DNA of 64,000 bases from the human T2T-CHM13v2.0 reference genome, Homo sapiens, in NCBI RefSeq assembly GCF_009914755.1, contig NC_060938.1; one strand, written 5' to 3'. The notes under the pieces were generated by a model. The model did not search any database and had not been told where the DNA came from. It saw only the letters and a list, made by a program, of their open reading frames with translations. This document shows positions 1 to 32,739 of the stretch, in pieces; positions within the stretch are counted from its first letter, which is position 1, and each line of letters starts with the position of its first letter. The position numbers and the translations under genes are program-made.

Positions 1-1222
1 TTTGTCTTCATGAAAATTATGGATGCAGTTGGCGGGTGGGGGGCATAGAGGAAGCCGGTAACTACAATATAGGGTGATAGGGCTCTTGATAAGGGCACAG
101 AACATCATGAAAGCATTTAGGGGGCCCAGCCACCCTTGAAAGATCATGGAGCTTTTCCAGAGAAATCTGAGGCCTGGCGGATACAGAGGCGTCAGCCAAG
201 GTGCAGGTGTTGGAGGAAGAGAGGGGAGGTGGGATGAGGGTGGCTCCACTGGCAAGTGCATAGGCCTGAGTTTGAGAGTTTGCACGTGTAACTCGAGTAA
301 GTTTAGTAAGATTGGAGAATTGGGTGGGGGGAAGGGAGGTGCCAAGCTTGTGGTAGACGAGGGCAAACTTTGTAGACTTCATTCTGAAAGGGCCGTGAAC
401 CTTACTATGTGCATTTTAAAATGATGCCTTTGGGTAAGTCTTGTCTTCTCAAAATGTCTTCCGGGGAGCACATTGGAAATGCAGATGCCCAGGTCCCCTA
501 GGGCCTTCCAAATGAGCCTGCATTTTCACAAGGCCTCTGGCGATCTGCCTGTGCTTACAGTCTCAGGAGCCCCAGTGTGAAGCCGGCATTGGATTTCAGA
601 GTAGAAAGATCCTCAGGCAGTATTGTGCTTCTGAGGCTGGTCCCTGCTGTAACCCAGGGTGGGAATATGGGAAACTGAGTCCCTGGCAGGAGATACAGAA
701 ACAGCTTCACCAGCGCTTTCACCTGCTGGAAGCAGCAGGATGGAGCTGCATTAGAGTCAGTGCTGAAGGGAAGAGGAAGAATTAAGGGTGCCCTTGCTGG
801 GGCTGCAGCAGGCTTCTGCTGAGGGGTGACAGAGGAACTGTGGGGTGGACCACACTCAGTTCCCTCTGCCAGGATGCAGGTGATGGCCCTTATGAGTTGA
901 CAGTGCAGGACAGAGGGTCTCGAGTGGAGGTGGAGGTTCGGGCATCCCCAGCGTGTGCGTGGTTCCTAAGCCAAGGAGTGGTCGGGATCATGCACGAGGG
1001 AGTGGAGAGAGAAGAGGGCTGAGGACCAGCTTGAGGACTCCTGTGTGAAGAGGTGGTCCAGTAAAAGGAGATGTGCAGGAGAGTGGGGGGTTAAATATTT
1101 CTTCCCGTCTATCATTGCAGTTGCCCGTTTGTATTTTTGAAATGGGTTGCTTGTGGGTTGGCATAGCACATTGCCTGGTTAGTGGATCAGTCACCCCATC
1201 TCCTGGTGCTCCTGCCTTTTAG

Positions 1223-19326
<18,104 letters not shown>

Positions 19327-19920
19327 GCATGTCCACAGGTGGCCTCCAGCACACCCCTCGGGAAGCTGTGGAGGCTGGATTCCAGGCTCCCTCCGCAGAC
19401 TGACTTTCCTCTGTGTCTGGGTGTTACAGTCTGTGCCCACTGCATCCTAAAGGCCTTTTCTTTCTTCTTTTCTCTTTGGGTGATAGTCAGAGAGTGGTGT
19501 TTTTGTTCAGGTGGGAAGGATTGGAAACTCTAGTCTTTTCTAGAAACAGAAAATCACTGTATTAAATATTTTGGAAAGATTGTTCTGAAAGAAGTCTGTT
19601 TGGATAAAGAGCTGTATTTTGCTTTAAATTTATTAAGGTAAATATAAGTAGTTAATCTTAGATGTAAGGTTCCAGAATGTGCTTACATATTCTGTTCTGT
19701 TACAGTGATTTAAACCAGTAGTATAGGAAAAAACTTAAAAAACAAAAAAACCATGTAGTATTTTCTGATTTTTTTTTCCATGAGGGAAAATATCTAATTT
19801 TTATAAGACTAAGTTGAGTTATACTTCTTGGTTCACATTTTGGAAATCAGAGATTACAGATTACATGGCCATAGCTTATCTGTGTTAAAACAATAAAAGC
19901 ATTAAATGAAGTTTCTGTTT
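19327..19920 (+). other. TDRD9: TDRD9 3' UTR (end approximate)
   Basis: Follows the stop codon. The AT-rich distal half ends at tandem poly(A) hexamers and a GT-rich downstream tract. Confidence 0.8.
19892..19906 (+). terminator. Polyadenylation signals AATAAA (19892-19897) and ATTAAA (19901-19906)
   Basis: Canonical hexamers followed by gtttctgtttctg. Confidence 0.8.
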
Positions 19921-20737
19921 CTGACAGTTTTTAGTCAGAGGAGATTAAGATGTATTTAGTTCCAAAAAATCTGAAATTGTACAACTGATACAGGGATACA
20001 GACCTCTTTTAAAAGCTCAACTCACATCAGTCAGGGTTTGGTCAGAAGAACAGAGCTGTTGTAAATACAGCAGTGAAAGACGCCAGTGAGCTCGCACGTG
20101 AGAGGGAAGTTGTAGGATCAGAGAAATGCTCTGCTTAAACTGACTTGTCCCAGATGGACAATTTGAAGATGGTGAGGAAACAGGAGAAGCGTGTGCATGG
20201 GCATCAACTTGGGATCATAAACGGGAGCTTGTGTGGGGTCTTGGAAGCCGTCACATCTTGGGGAGCATTGGCGCTGTGCTGGGCCTCTGTGGGTTCGCTG
20301 GCCAGCAGCGGGAAGCTGGCAGATGCCAAGCGGGAAGACCACCAAGCAGCTGTGGTGGCTGGGCAGCACTGCACCCCTGTCACTGGGCCACTGTCCTGGC
20401 CTTCTGGGGAATGTGCTTCCCAGCCTTAGGCAGTAAGTGGTCATACCAAGTTGGCACACATGGAGGGCTCTTGGAAGGTTTTGAGCACGTCCAAAACTTG
20501 GTTCCGCTTTAAAGTGAAGGTTTTGCCCGTCGTCAGAAAGCCCTCTGAGAAAGCCTCCGGGGAGGGCAGCAGACACTTTGATTGGCTTTTCTCTTTGCTC
20601 TGCCGACCTATGAGTACTTAGTCCATGTGGGCAAGGTTACCAAATGTGTGGCCTTAGCAGTAGGGGACACTCACAACAGTCAAGCACTCATTCTGTTGGT
20701 TTTTTAACCAGACTTTTAGTAAGTGACTAAAAATTTA

Positions 20738-20905
20738 GGCCAGGTGCAGTAGCTCACACTTGTAATCCTAGCACTTTGGGAGGCCGAGGTGGGAGGATTG
20801 CCTGAGCCCAGGAGTTCAAGGCTGCAGTGAGCTGTGATTGTACCCCTGCGCTACATCCTGGGCAATAGGGCAAGACTCTGTCTCAAAAAACAAAAACAAA
20901 AAAAT
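20738..20905 (+). mobile_element. Alu monomer (FLAM/FAM-like)
   Basis: Single arm with A tail. Confidence 0.8.
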
Positions 20906-21599
20906 TTAAGTAGTACCAAGAGGCTTGTTTAAAAACAAAAACACCCAACTCTCAAAGGAAACCATACTAACTCTTCCCTATATTTTTCTGGAATTGCTTT
21001 CATCTTGCTGAGGAATGTTTTTGTTCTGCTTTTTCATGGTTGCCATCTTAGCCATCAGCTGTTGAGCAGCAGATGAATATTGGCTCCTTCCCACTGTTCT
21101 GCACCTCCTTTGCTATCTCTACGCACGGTCACAGCAATATCACTGGCCAGGTCAGTCATTGTGCTTTATAACGTGGATTTTGTAGATAGCAAAGAAAATT
21201 ATCTTCTGTAAAACCAAGTGGTGCACTTCGACTGCATTGCCTTCCTTATCTATCTTAAGAGGGTACTTGCCTTGTTTGTTTGCAAAATTCTCCTCATATT
21301 TAAATACATAATAATGTTCTTAGTATAATAATACATGTCCATGACATAAGATGAAGACATTTGAAAAGGGTCTCTAGTGAAGTCTCTTTCATGCCCAGCC
21401 CAAGTGCTCCTCGGAGGCAGTCGTTGTTTCATCCTGGTGCATCCCGTCAGCACGCCCTGTGTTCCACACACTGTCACGGACGCTGAAGATCCACTCCGAG
21501 CAAAGTGGCCCAGGTTTCACTGCACTCAGGGAGCAGTGGGTAGAGGCAGATGGTGGTCAAATGCGTCAGGCGACAGAGTGAGAGCTGTCAAGCGGCAGG

Positions 21600-21745
21600 A
21601 CAGGAGCGTGCACACTTGTTTTTGCTTTGTGGGCCATGTGGTTGCTGCTGCTGCTGTTCAGCTTTGTGTTGAAGCTCAGGAGTAGCCATAAACAAACGAG
21701 CAGGGCTGTGTGCCCGCAAAACCTGATTTATGAGAACAGGCATCA
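21600..21745 (+). mobile_element. MER58-like hAT DNA transposon remnant
   Basis: ctttgtgggccatgtgg...gccataaaca...ggctgtgtgccc. Confidence 0.55.
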
Positions 21746-22309
21746 GACTTGAGCTTGGGTCTTAGCTGCTGATCCTGTGATGGGGGGAAGTACAGGGAGT
21801 GACACTGCTTTAGAGAAGCAGCTGGGGACAGCCTTTCCCATGTGACATTCAAGCAGAGGCCCGGCCCAGGCTGCACTGGAATAGCTGGGAGGAGATGCGT
21901 GAGGCTCCAAGGAGGCAGCAGGCCTGGTGCGTGTGAGGAGCCACCAGGCAGCCCGTGCGGCTGGCACAGAGTGTGGAGGGTACTGGTGGTCAGGCTGGAG
22001 AGCAGCCAGGCCAGGTGGGCCACACGCAGGTTTTGGGGTTTACTCTGAGTGAGGTGGGGAGCTCCTGGAGGGTTTTGAACAAGGGAGTGTCATGCCTTGA
22101 TGACGTTTTGAGAAAGATTATTCTGGCTGCTGCATGGGGCATAGGGTGCAAAACCAGCACAGTTAAGTCCAGGAAGAAACACTGGCGTGCAGCAGGGGTG
22201 GGAGCAGTGGAAGGGCAGGGTGGCCAGACAGAATGTGCACCAGAGAGACAGCAGAGTGACCAGAGGCAGGCGTGGCACCACGGCTCAGAGGAGAAGGTTC
22301 TTGGAGGCA

Positions 22310-22745
22310 CCATGGTGGTGGGCAGAGTGTTGACCCCCTCCCTGGACATAGTCTGGGGCTGTGTCCATGTCCAAACCCCCACAACTCCCTATAAATGGGA
22401 CCGTATTTGGGAAAAGGGTTTTTGCCAGTGTGACTGAGTTAAGGATCTCAAAATGAGGTGATTGTCCTGGATTTAAGATGGGACCTGAAGCCAATGACAA
22501 ATGTCCCGATAGAGGAGAAGGCCAGTGAAGGCAGAGGCTGAGATTGCAGCAATGTGGCCACAGCCACGGAAGACCTGGGGCTGCTGGAGGCTGGGAGAGG
22601 CCAGGCCAGGCTCTCTCCAGTGCCTTCGGAGAGAATGTGGGCCCTGGATGCCTTGGTGTGAGAATTCTGGCCTCCAGAACTGTGAGAATCCATTTCTGTT
22701 GTAAGCCCCCTGTTTGTGCTTATGTGTCCTGGTGGCCCCAGGAAG
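22310..22745 (+). mobile_element. MLT1B/C-type LTR
   Basis: gttaaggatctcaaaatgagg...ggcctccagaactgtgagaat. Confidence 0.8.
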
Positions 22746-25708
22746 AGAATCCAGCCAGTGTCTTCGGGGTCCTTTCGGAGCTCCTTTCTTCATATATGGA
22801 CACAAGCCTCTTCATTTTCATGAGTCGTTGCATACTGCACATGCTGATCTCTACCTTGACTTTTCACTGATTGTTGTGGATTGCACTGCTAGATCCTGCA
22901 CAAAGAGGTGCCTCATTCTTTTTAAGTGCTTCATGGTTATATCATTTTGTTCATGTTTCATAATTAATGACACCCCTGCAACGGGCATTTGGATAGTTTC
23001 TAGTCTTACTATTATACACAGTGTTGCAGTGGATGTCCTTGTACACCTGTCATTTCACATGTGTATAATTTATTATAGAATAAATTCCTAGGATTGGGAT
23101 TACTGAGTCAGAGGGCATTTAGTAAATCACTCCCTTCCTAGATGTTGCCACATTGCTCTCCATAGAGCACACGCTCCCCCCAGCACTATAGGACAGTCCG
23201 TACCCAGACTCTCACCCTCCGAGTTAGGACAGTGTTGGACACTTGGGAGATGCCCTTTCTCTCTGGCAGGTGAGTAGTCTTGAGTTTCTCCTTATGAGTG
23301 GCCTGAGCATCCTCAGATGCTGAGGACCATTGGCTTCTCCTTGTATGTGAACTGTTTGTATCTTTTGCCAGGCTTTCTTTGTGTTAAAATTGATCTTGTT
23401 ATGTAGTTTAGTTTATGAATTTTTATGCCGTCTCAAAAAGTGTCTCCCCTAGTTTGAGATTATTAGAATTCTCTCCCATATTTACTTCTAGTACTCTTAT
23501 GGTTTGATTTTGTACATAAAATTTACTGAGGTAAAATTTACATACAAGGATTGCAAAGGTTGCCTACTAGGTGTTCTTTCAGAATTTCCATAGTTTTAGC
23601 TTTTATATTTAGGGCTGTGACCCATTTCAAGTTTTATTTTTAATTTTTTGCTTATTTTGTTTTTTTGGGGGGAGGGGGATCAGCGGTGATGAGAGGTTGA
23701 TTTGCTTTTCCATACATTTTTTGAGAAGAATATACTCTGACCCTAAATTCAATTACCTTGAAAACTTTGTAAAAAATCAGCTGACCATATAGGGTCACAA
23801 TTGGATTCTCTTATGTTACACTGGTTTATATGTCTGTCCTTAAAACAGTAATGCCATACAATACAATATTGATTATTGCAGCTTAAAATGCTAAGCCTTG
23901 AAATAAGATTGTGGAAGTCTTCCAAATTTGTTTCTTTCAAAATGGTTTTAGTATTCTAGATCTTTACCTTGCCATATAAAGTTTGGGCTCAGCCTGTGAA
24001 TTTTTACAAAAATGCCAGCTGGAATTCCAATTGAGATTGTGTTGAGTCTGTGACTATTCAGGGAGCACATCTTGAAAACTGATGAACAAGGTATCTTTCA
24101 CCATTTACTTAACTCTTCTTTAGCCTTCTCTTACTACTGTTTTATTCCTAGGTATTTCATGTTTTTGCTATTGTAAAAGTTATTTTCTTTTGGCATTATG
24201 GAAATTTTCAAACATACAGTAAAGTTAATTTTACAGTGAACATCAGTATATTCACTACCTAGATTTTACATTACCACTTTACTTGTTTTATCACTTATTT
24301 ATCAATTCCTCTATTCTTCAGTCCATCTTTTTGATGCATTTCAAAGTAAACTTGACAGCATTACACTTCCCCTAAATACTTCAGCATACATATTAACCGC
24401 AGTGTTTTCTTTTTTTTGTGACACGTATATGCGTTGAAACATGTAAATCTTAAGTTTATCCAGTGAGTACTGGTGAATGGAACCAAACCCCAAGATACAG
24501 GACGTTATCATCACCTGGAAAATTCTCTCATCTCCCTTCCTAGGCAGCCTCTCACTCACAGATAAGCACCCACAGTTCCGAGTATTTTCTCCACAGATTA
24601 GCTTTGCCTGTTCTAGAACTTCAGTTAACATATTATTTTTTAAAAGTTGATTAACACACCTTATTGTTTTAAGGCAGTTTTAGTTTTACAGAAAAATTGA
24701 GCATATAGTACCGAGAGTTCCCCTGTGCCTCTCTCTTCTCTCTCTTCCACACAGTTCCCCTATTACTAACATCTTGTGTTAATGTGGTACGTTTGTTACA
24801 GTTGATGAACCGACATTGATACATTGTTAACTAAAGCACACAGTTTACATCCTCAGGGTTTACTCTGTGTTTTACCTTCTGTGGATTTTGACAGATGCCC
24901 GACGTGACATGTCTACCATTACAGTATCATACAGAATAGTTTCATTGCTCTAAAAATCTTCTGTGTGCCACCTGTTTATCCTGCCCCCCATTCCCTTCCC
25001 ATTGGCCACCACTCATCTTTTTACTGTCTCCAGAGTTTTACCCTTTTCGAAGGAATGACATATATTAATAGTTCAAATCATATAGTATGGAACCTTTTCA
25101 GACTGGCTTCTTTCCCTTAGCAATGTGTATTTAAGGTTCCTCCATATCTTTTCAAGGCTCACTAACTCATTTTTATTGCTGAATAATATTCCAGCAATAA
25201 AAATTATGGATGCTAATTGGCTACTTGCATTTATGGATATTAATGGGCTACTTGGCTATTTCCAGTTTTTGGCAATTTGAATAAATCTGCTATAAATATT
25301 TGTGTGCAAGTTTTTGCATAGACATTGGCCTTCAGCTCATTTGGGTAAATACTGAGGAATGCAATTGCTGGATCCTAGGGTAAGAGTGTGTTTAGCTTTG
25401 TAAGAGACTGTCATACTCTCTTCAAAGTGGCTGTACCATTTCGTATTCCCACCAGCAGTGGATGAGGATTCCTTTTGCTTCATGTCCTCATCAGCGTTTA
25501 GTGTGAGTGTTTTGGATTTTTGCCATCCTAATAGATGTGTAGTGGTATTTTATTATTGTTTTAATTTGCACTTTTCTAATGACATGTGATGTTGAGCATC
25601 TTTTCATATGATTGTTTGCCATCTGTATATATTCTTTGATGAGGTGTCTATTCAGATCTTTTCCCCATTTGAACTGGGTTGTTTGTCTTCTTGTTGAGTT
25701 TTAATTAA

Positions 25709-26196
<488 letters not shown>

Positions 26197-29100
26197 TAAA
26201 ACTAAAAACTTATCAAATCCAAGGTCACACAGGTCCTATGTTTTCTTCTAGAAGTTTTATGGTTTGTCATTTTACACTAAGGTCTATGATCCATTTTGAG
26301 TTAATTTTGTAGAAGGTGTAAGGTCTCCGTCTAGATGGATTTTTCTGTATGTGGACGGCCAGTTGTTTCAGCACCGTTGGTTGAAGAGACTGTCTTTTCT
26401 CCATTGAATTGCCTTTTGCTCCTTTGTCAAAGATCAATTGACTATATTTGTGTGGACATGTTTTTGGGGCCTCTATTATGTTGCATTTGTCTGTTTGTCT
26501 ATTTTTCACCAATACCACACAGTGTTGATTATGGTAGCTTTATAGTAAGTCTTGAAGTTGGGTAATGTTGATCTTTTCTTCAGTACTGTGTTGGCTTTCC
26601 TGGGTCTTTTTACTCGCTACATAAATTTTGAAATCAGTTTAATATCACAAAATATTTTTGTTGGGATTCTGTTGAATCTGTAGATCACCTTGGGAAGAAC
26701 TAACATCTTAATAATATTGGGTCTTCCTATCCCAGAAAGTAGAATATCACTTCATTTCCGTAGATCTTTGGTATCTTTCGTCAGAGTTTTGTGATTTTCT
26801 GCATATAGATCTTATACATATTTTATTATATTTATACCTAAGTATTTCTCTTTTTTTGGTGCTAATGCAAATGGTACTGTGTTTTAAATTTCAAATTTCA
26901 GTTGTTCATTGCTGTAATATAGGAAAGCAATGGACTTTTGTATATTAACCTTGTATCCTGCAACTTTGCTATAATCCCTTATTCATTCCAGGAGGATTTT
27001 TCAAAGTAGATTCTTTGGGATTTTCTATGTAAACAATCATACCATCTGCGAACAAAGATAGTTTTACTTTTTATTTCCTTTTCTTGTCTTACTGTATTAG
27101 CCAGGACTTCCAGTACAATGTAGAATAGGAGTGGTGAAAGGAGATATCCTTGCCTTATTTCTGGCTTAGCGGTAAAGATTTCAGTCATTCTTCATTGAGG
27201 TTGAATATGATGTTGGTTATGGGTTTTTCATAAATGACCTTTCTTATATTAAGGAAATTCCCTTTTATTCCTAGTTTGCTGAGAGTTTTTAAAGTCATGG
27301 GTGGGTTTTGGATTTTGTGGAATGCTTTTTTTGCACCTATTGATATGATTGTATGATTTTTCTTCTTTGGCCTTGCTGATGTGATGGTTTACATTAATTG
27401 ATTTTTGGATGATGAAATAGCTTGCATAACTGTAATAAGTCCCACTTGGTTGTGGTGTATAATTTTTAAAAACATTGTTGGATTCTATTTGCTCATCTTT
27501 GTTTTATTCGCTACTCTTTGTTGAAGATCTTGTTGAGGATTTTTACATCTAGGATCATGAGAGATACTTATCTGTAATTTTCCTTTCTGGTGAAGTCTTT
27601 ATCTGGTTTTGGTATTAGGGTAATGGTGGCCTTCTAGAATGAATTTGAAAATATTCCTTCTGCTTCTATTTTCTGGAAGAGATTGTAGATAATTGGTATG
27701 CTTTCTTCCCTAAATGTTTGGTTGAATTCACCAGTGAAACCATCTGGGCCTAGTGCTTTCTTTTTTGTAAAGTTATTTAGTATTGATTCAGTTTTTTAGT
27801 AGATGTAGGCATATTCAGATGATCTGTTTCTCATTGTGTTAGTTTTTGTAGACTATGTCTTTCAAGGAATTGGTTTATTTCATCTTAGGTATCAAACTTC
27901 TAGGCATATAGTTGCAAATAATATTTTTTAATTTCCCTTTTAATGCCCATGAGATCAATAGTGATGGCCCTTCTTTATTTTCTGTTATTAGTAATTGATA
28001 TTTCTTGACTCTTCTTGGTTAGCCTGGCTAGAGTTTTATAAATTTTATTGATCTTTTCAAAGAACAAGTTTTTGGTTTGATCAATTTTAGTTTTACCTGT
28101 CTTTGGTCTTATGATTTCTACTCTAATTTTTATTTCTTTTTTTTTCCTGCTTGCTTTAGGTTTATATTGCTCCTCTTTTCTGTAATTGCCTAAGATGGAA
28201 GTTCAAATTCTTTTCTAATATATATATTTAATTTTATAAATTTCCTTTTGAGTACTACTTTTGCCACATGCCATAAATTTTGAAAAGTTGTATTTTAATT
28301 TGCGTTTAGTTAAAAATATTTTAAGGTTTTTCTTAAGCCTTGTTTTTTGACCCATGTGTTATTTAGAAATACATTTTTAAATATCCAAATATGGGATTTT
28401 TAGCCATCTTTTTGTTATTGATTTCACTGTAGTCTGAGAGTGTACTTTCTATGATTTCTATTAAATTTATTAAAGTGTTTTATGTCCCAGAATGTTGTCT
28501 ACCTTGGTGAATGTTCCATGTAGCTTGGAAAGAATGTGTATTCTGCTCTTGTTGGATGAAGCATTCTGTAGGTGTTGATTAGATCCAGTTGATTGATGAT
28601 GCTGTTCAGTTCAACGGTATCCTCACTGAAATTTCACCTGCCAGTCTGTCAATTACTAATGCATGTTGAGGTCTCCAGCTATAATAGTGGATTAGTCTAT
28701 TTCTCCTTGCATTTCCCTCAGTTTTTGCCTCTTGTATTTGGACACTGTTGTTAGGCACATGCACATTTGGGGTTGTTACGTCTTCTTGGAGAATTGACCC
28801 CTTTATCATTAGGTAATGCCCCTCTCTAGGCCTTCTAATGTCCTTAGTTCTGAAGTCTGCTTGTCTGAAATTAATATAGCTACTCCAGCTTTCTTCTGAT
28901 TTGTGTGTTAGCATGATGTATCTTTCTCCATCTTTTTACTTAGTTTTAAATTGAGGTGAAATTGATATAATTTGATTAACCACTTTAAAATGTGTAATTC
29001 AGGCATTTATTGTATTTGCAATGTTCTGGAACACTCTGTAGTTTAAAAATGTTTTCATTATCCAAAAAGGCACCTTATTAAGTAAGTACTTACCAGTTAA

Positions 29101-29786
29101 GTAACCATTTTCCCTTTTCCCTTCCCTTTCCCCCATACCCTGGTAACAATTTATATGCCTTCTGTCCCTGTGGATTTACCTATTCTGGATACATCATATA
29201 CAAGGAAACATACAGTAGGTGACCATTTGTGTCTGGCTGCCCTGACTTCACGTAATGTTGTCGAGTTTATCCACGTTACAGCGTGTATCAGTGGCTTGAT
29301 CCTTTATTTAGGTGGATAATATCCTGTTGGATGTGGATGCCACAGTTGGTTTATTTACTCCTCTGTTGATGGACATTTGGATTGTTTCAGACTCTGGGCT
29401 ATTATGAATAATAGTGCTATAAACATTTGTGTACAGGTTTTGGTGTGTACATGTTTTTTCATTTCTCTTGGGTGTATACCTAGGAGGAAGATTGGTAGGC
29501 CATGTGGTAACTCTATACTTAACTTTTGGAGGAGACACCAAACCGGCTGCACCATTTTACATTCCCCCCAGCAGTGTCTGAGGATTCCCATGTCTCTACA
29601 GCTTTGACAGCACTTCTTAGTTTCCCCCTTTTTTAAAAAATTAAAGCCATCCTAATGGGTATGCATATATTATTGTGGTTTTCATTTGCATTTCCCTAAT
29701 CCCCAGTGATGATGATCATCTTTCATGTGCTTGTTGGCTACTTGTGTATCTTCTATTGAGAAATATCTGTTCAAGTCCTGTGACTA

Positions 29787-30085
29787 TTTTTTTTTTTTTG
29801 AGACAGAGTTTCACTCTGTCACCCAGACTAGAGTGCAGTGGCACAGTCACAGCTCACTGTAGCCTCAATCTCCTGGGCTCAAGTGATCCTCTCCTCTCAG
29901 CCTCCAGAGTACCTAGGGCTACAGGTGTGCACCACCATGCCTGGCTGATTTTTTTTTCTTTTTGGTAGAGACCAGGTCTTGCTGTGTTGCCCAGGCTGGT
30001 CTCAACCCCCTGAGCTCAGGCAGTCTTCCTGCCTCAGCCTCCCAAAGTGCTGGAATTACAGGTGTGTGAACAACCACACCTGGCC
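29787..30085 (-). mobile_element. Alu (AluJ-like)
   Basis: Antisense Alu. Confidence 0.9.
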
Positions 30086-30203
30086 CTAGTGGCTATTTTT
30101 AAATTGAGTTGTCTTCTTGTTGAGTGCTAGGAGTGCTGTATACATTCCGGATATTATACTCTTATCAGATATGTGATTTACAAATATTTTCTCCCATTCT
30201 GTG

Positions 30204-30825
30204 AGAATCCTCCCACCAAAGTCCAGGAACAGACAGCCCCACTACCAAATGTTCTGTGAAACATTAAAGAAGAATTAACTCCAATCCTGCTCAAACTCTT
30301 CCAAAAAATGAACAGAAGGGACACTTCCTAACACATTCTGTGAGGCCAGCACTACCCTGATACCAAAGCCAAAGATACTGCAAGAAAACTACAGACCGAT
30401 ATATATATATATATATAATATACATTTATATATATTTATATTTATATTTTGAGACAGAGTCTTACTCTGTTGCCCAGGCTGGAGTGCAGTGGCACGATCT
30501 TGGCTTACTTCAACCTCTGCCTCCCAGGTTCAAGCAATTCTGCTTCGGCCTCCTGAGTAGCTGGGACTACAGGTACGTGTCACCACACCCAGCTAATTTT
30601 TGTATTTTTAGTAGAGACGAGGTTTCACCATGTTGGCCAGGCTGGTCTTGAACTCCTGATCCGTGATCCACCTGCTTTGGCCTCTGAAATTGCTGGGATT
30701 ACAGGCATGAGCCACTGCGTCCGGCCAAACCGATACTTTTATGAATGTAAATTCACAAATCCTTAGCAAAATGCTAGCAACCAAATCCAACAGCACATTA
30801 GAAGGATTATACACCACAGCCACGT
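30204..30825 (+). mobile_element. Sense L1 ORF2 fragment interrupted by an Alu
   Basis: aaactcttccaaaaaa..gaggccagcactaccctgataccaaagcc..aaatccaacagcacatt. Confidence 0.8.
30400..30725 (-). mobile_element. Alu with (TA)n-converted tail
   Basis: Antisense Alu, TSD accgata. Confidence 0.9.
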
Positions 30826-31169
30826 GGTGTGTGCTGCCCTAAAGTCTGTACGCCGTCACTCCAGTGGGGGACAGAATCCTGCCTCTCGTCTTTTGATGTC
30901 CATCTTTAGAAACCCTTCCCTGCCAGGAGACAAGGGAGTATGTGGAGGTCTGGGTGCTGGGACTTCCTGAAGTGTCCAGAACCACTAAGATGTTTGATTT
31001 CTTTATTTGGCCGGATGCTTTTTCTTGGTGGTGGTAATAACTTAGCAGTGAAGTTGTGGAAGAGTGAGTACCACAGCTTTCTTTAGAGATTAATACTAGC
31101 CAGTGAGAAGAACTCAGTGGTGCAGAACCTGGTATTTTTGAAGCCAGATCCTTCACACTGTTTTCCTTC

Positions 31170-31720
31170 TTAAAAAAAAAAAACAGCTTTATTGAGATAT
31201 AATTCATATACCATATAATTCACCTATTTAAAAGTGTCCTGTCCAGTGATTTTAGTATGTTCACAGTGTTCTGCAGCCATCTCCACAATCAACGTTAGAG
31301 CATTTTCATCACTCGAGAAAGAATCTCTGGAACCATTTGAGGTCATCCCAGTTTCTCCCTACTCCACCCTTTCCCCGCCCCAGCCTCACCCTTGTCCCCA
31401 GGCAATCACTTATCTGCTTTGTCTTTGTATTTTGCCTGTTCTGTCTCTATATACATGCCTGTTCTGGACGTCCCGCCCCTTGTAATTATATATTATCCGT
31501 TGACCAACATCTTTCCCCGTTGGACTCCCTGCAACCGCCCAAGCTCTGGTAACCGCCATTCTACTCTGTCTGCCTATGAGATCAGCTGTTGTAGGTTCCG
31601 CATGTGAGTGAGATCATGCAGGATTTGTCTCTCTGTGCCTATTTCATCCAACTTAATGTTCTCCACATTCATCCATGGTGTCACAAATGACAAGATTTCC
31701 TTCTTTTTATGTATGCTTAT
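31170..31720 (-). mobile_element. L1M 3' end fragments
   Basis: cagctttattgagatataattcatatacc... Confidence 0.75.
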
Positions 31721-32444
31721 TGTTTTTCTGTAGAGTGAACCCCATCTCCTGCCAGGCACTGACTGGCAGGTTTAGTGTTTTTGTTGGTTTTGTTTTGCCA
31801 AGGGAGTGGGAGGCAGGTGGTCCACTGGGCCTCAGCTCGTCTCCTTGTCTTCAGCTCTGCTGAAGGGCACTTCACCACCTTGTCCTCGGTACTTGGTGCA
31901 ACCCTCTTATGGCTTACCCAGGAGGTAGATACAGCCCCGTCGTTGATATCATTCCTAGTAAACGCAGTTGGTAGAAAACACAAAATACAGCAGACAATGA
32001 TAACATGTATTATAGAAAGCTGAAGAATTACATTTAATGGTGACATTGAAAACGGTTAGAATTTATCTGGGGAAAAGTAAGCTTGACAGGAATAATCCTA
32101 AAACCACAGCCAGTGACAGTGGTTACTGTCTAAAAATGGAGAGAACAGCCATCTTTGTAAAATTTGACCCAGGAAAATAATGGCTCCCAAAGATAATCCG
32201 TACACAGATGCTCTCACCAAAAAACACATAGGCAGAACTTGCCTCCCCAAAGCTTGTCTGGAAGATAATTAACCTGATGAAAAATCTTTTAGGAAATTTT
32301 AAAAAGAAAATATAAAAAGTAGAAACTACTTTGTTTAGAAAATTGAGCAAAGAAGTATACTGACTTGGTGAAATTCATTTAAGAAAATACTTTTTCAGTG
32401 AAAATTCATCATTCGTATAATGCTGATTAATATGTTTTAAACTT

Positions 32445-32700
32445 AAGTGGGCGGATCACCTGAGGCCAGGAGTTCAAGACCAGCCTGACCAACATGGAGA
32501 AACCCTGTCTCTATTAAAAATACAAAATTAGCCGGGTGTGGTGGCACATACCTGTAATCCCAGCTACTTGGGAGGCTGAGACAGGAGAATCGCTTGAACC
32601 CGGGAGGCAGAGCTTGTGGTGAGCCGAGATTACACGCCATTGCACTCCAGCCTGGGCAACAAGAGTGAAACTCCATCTCAAAAAAAAAAAAAAAAAGAGA
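32445..32700 (+). mobile_element. 5'-truncated Alu (AluSp-like)
   Basis: TSD atgttttaaact. Confidence 0.9.
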
Positions 32701-32739
32701 AAAAATGTTTTAAACTCACACTTTGTCAGAAATGGCAGG

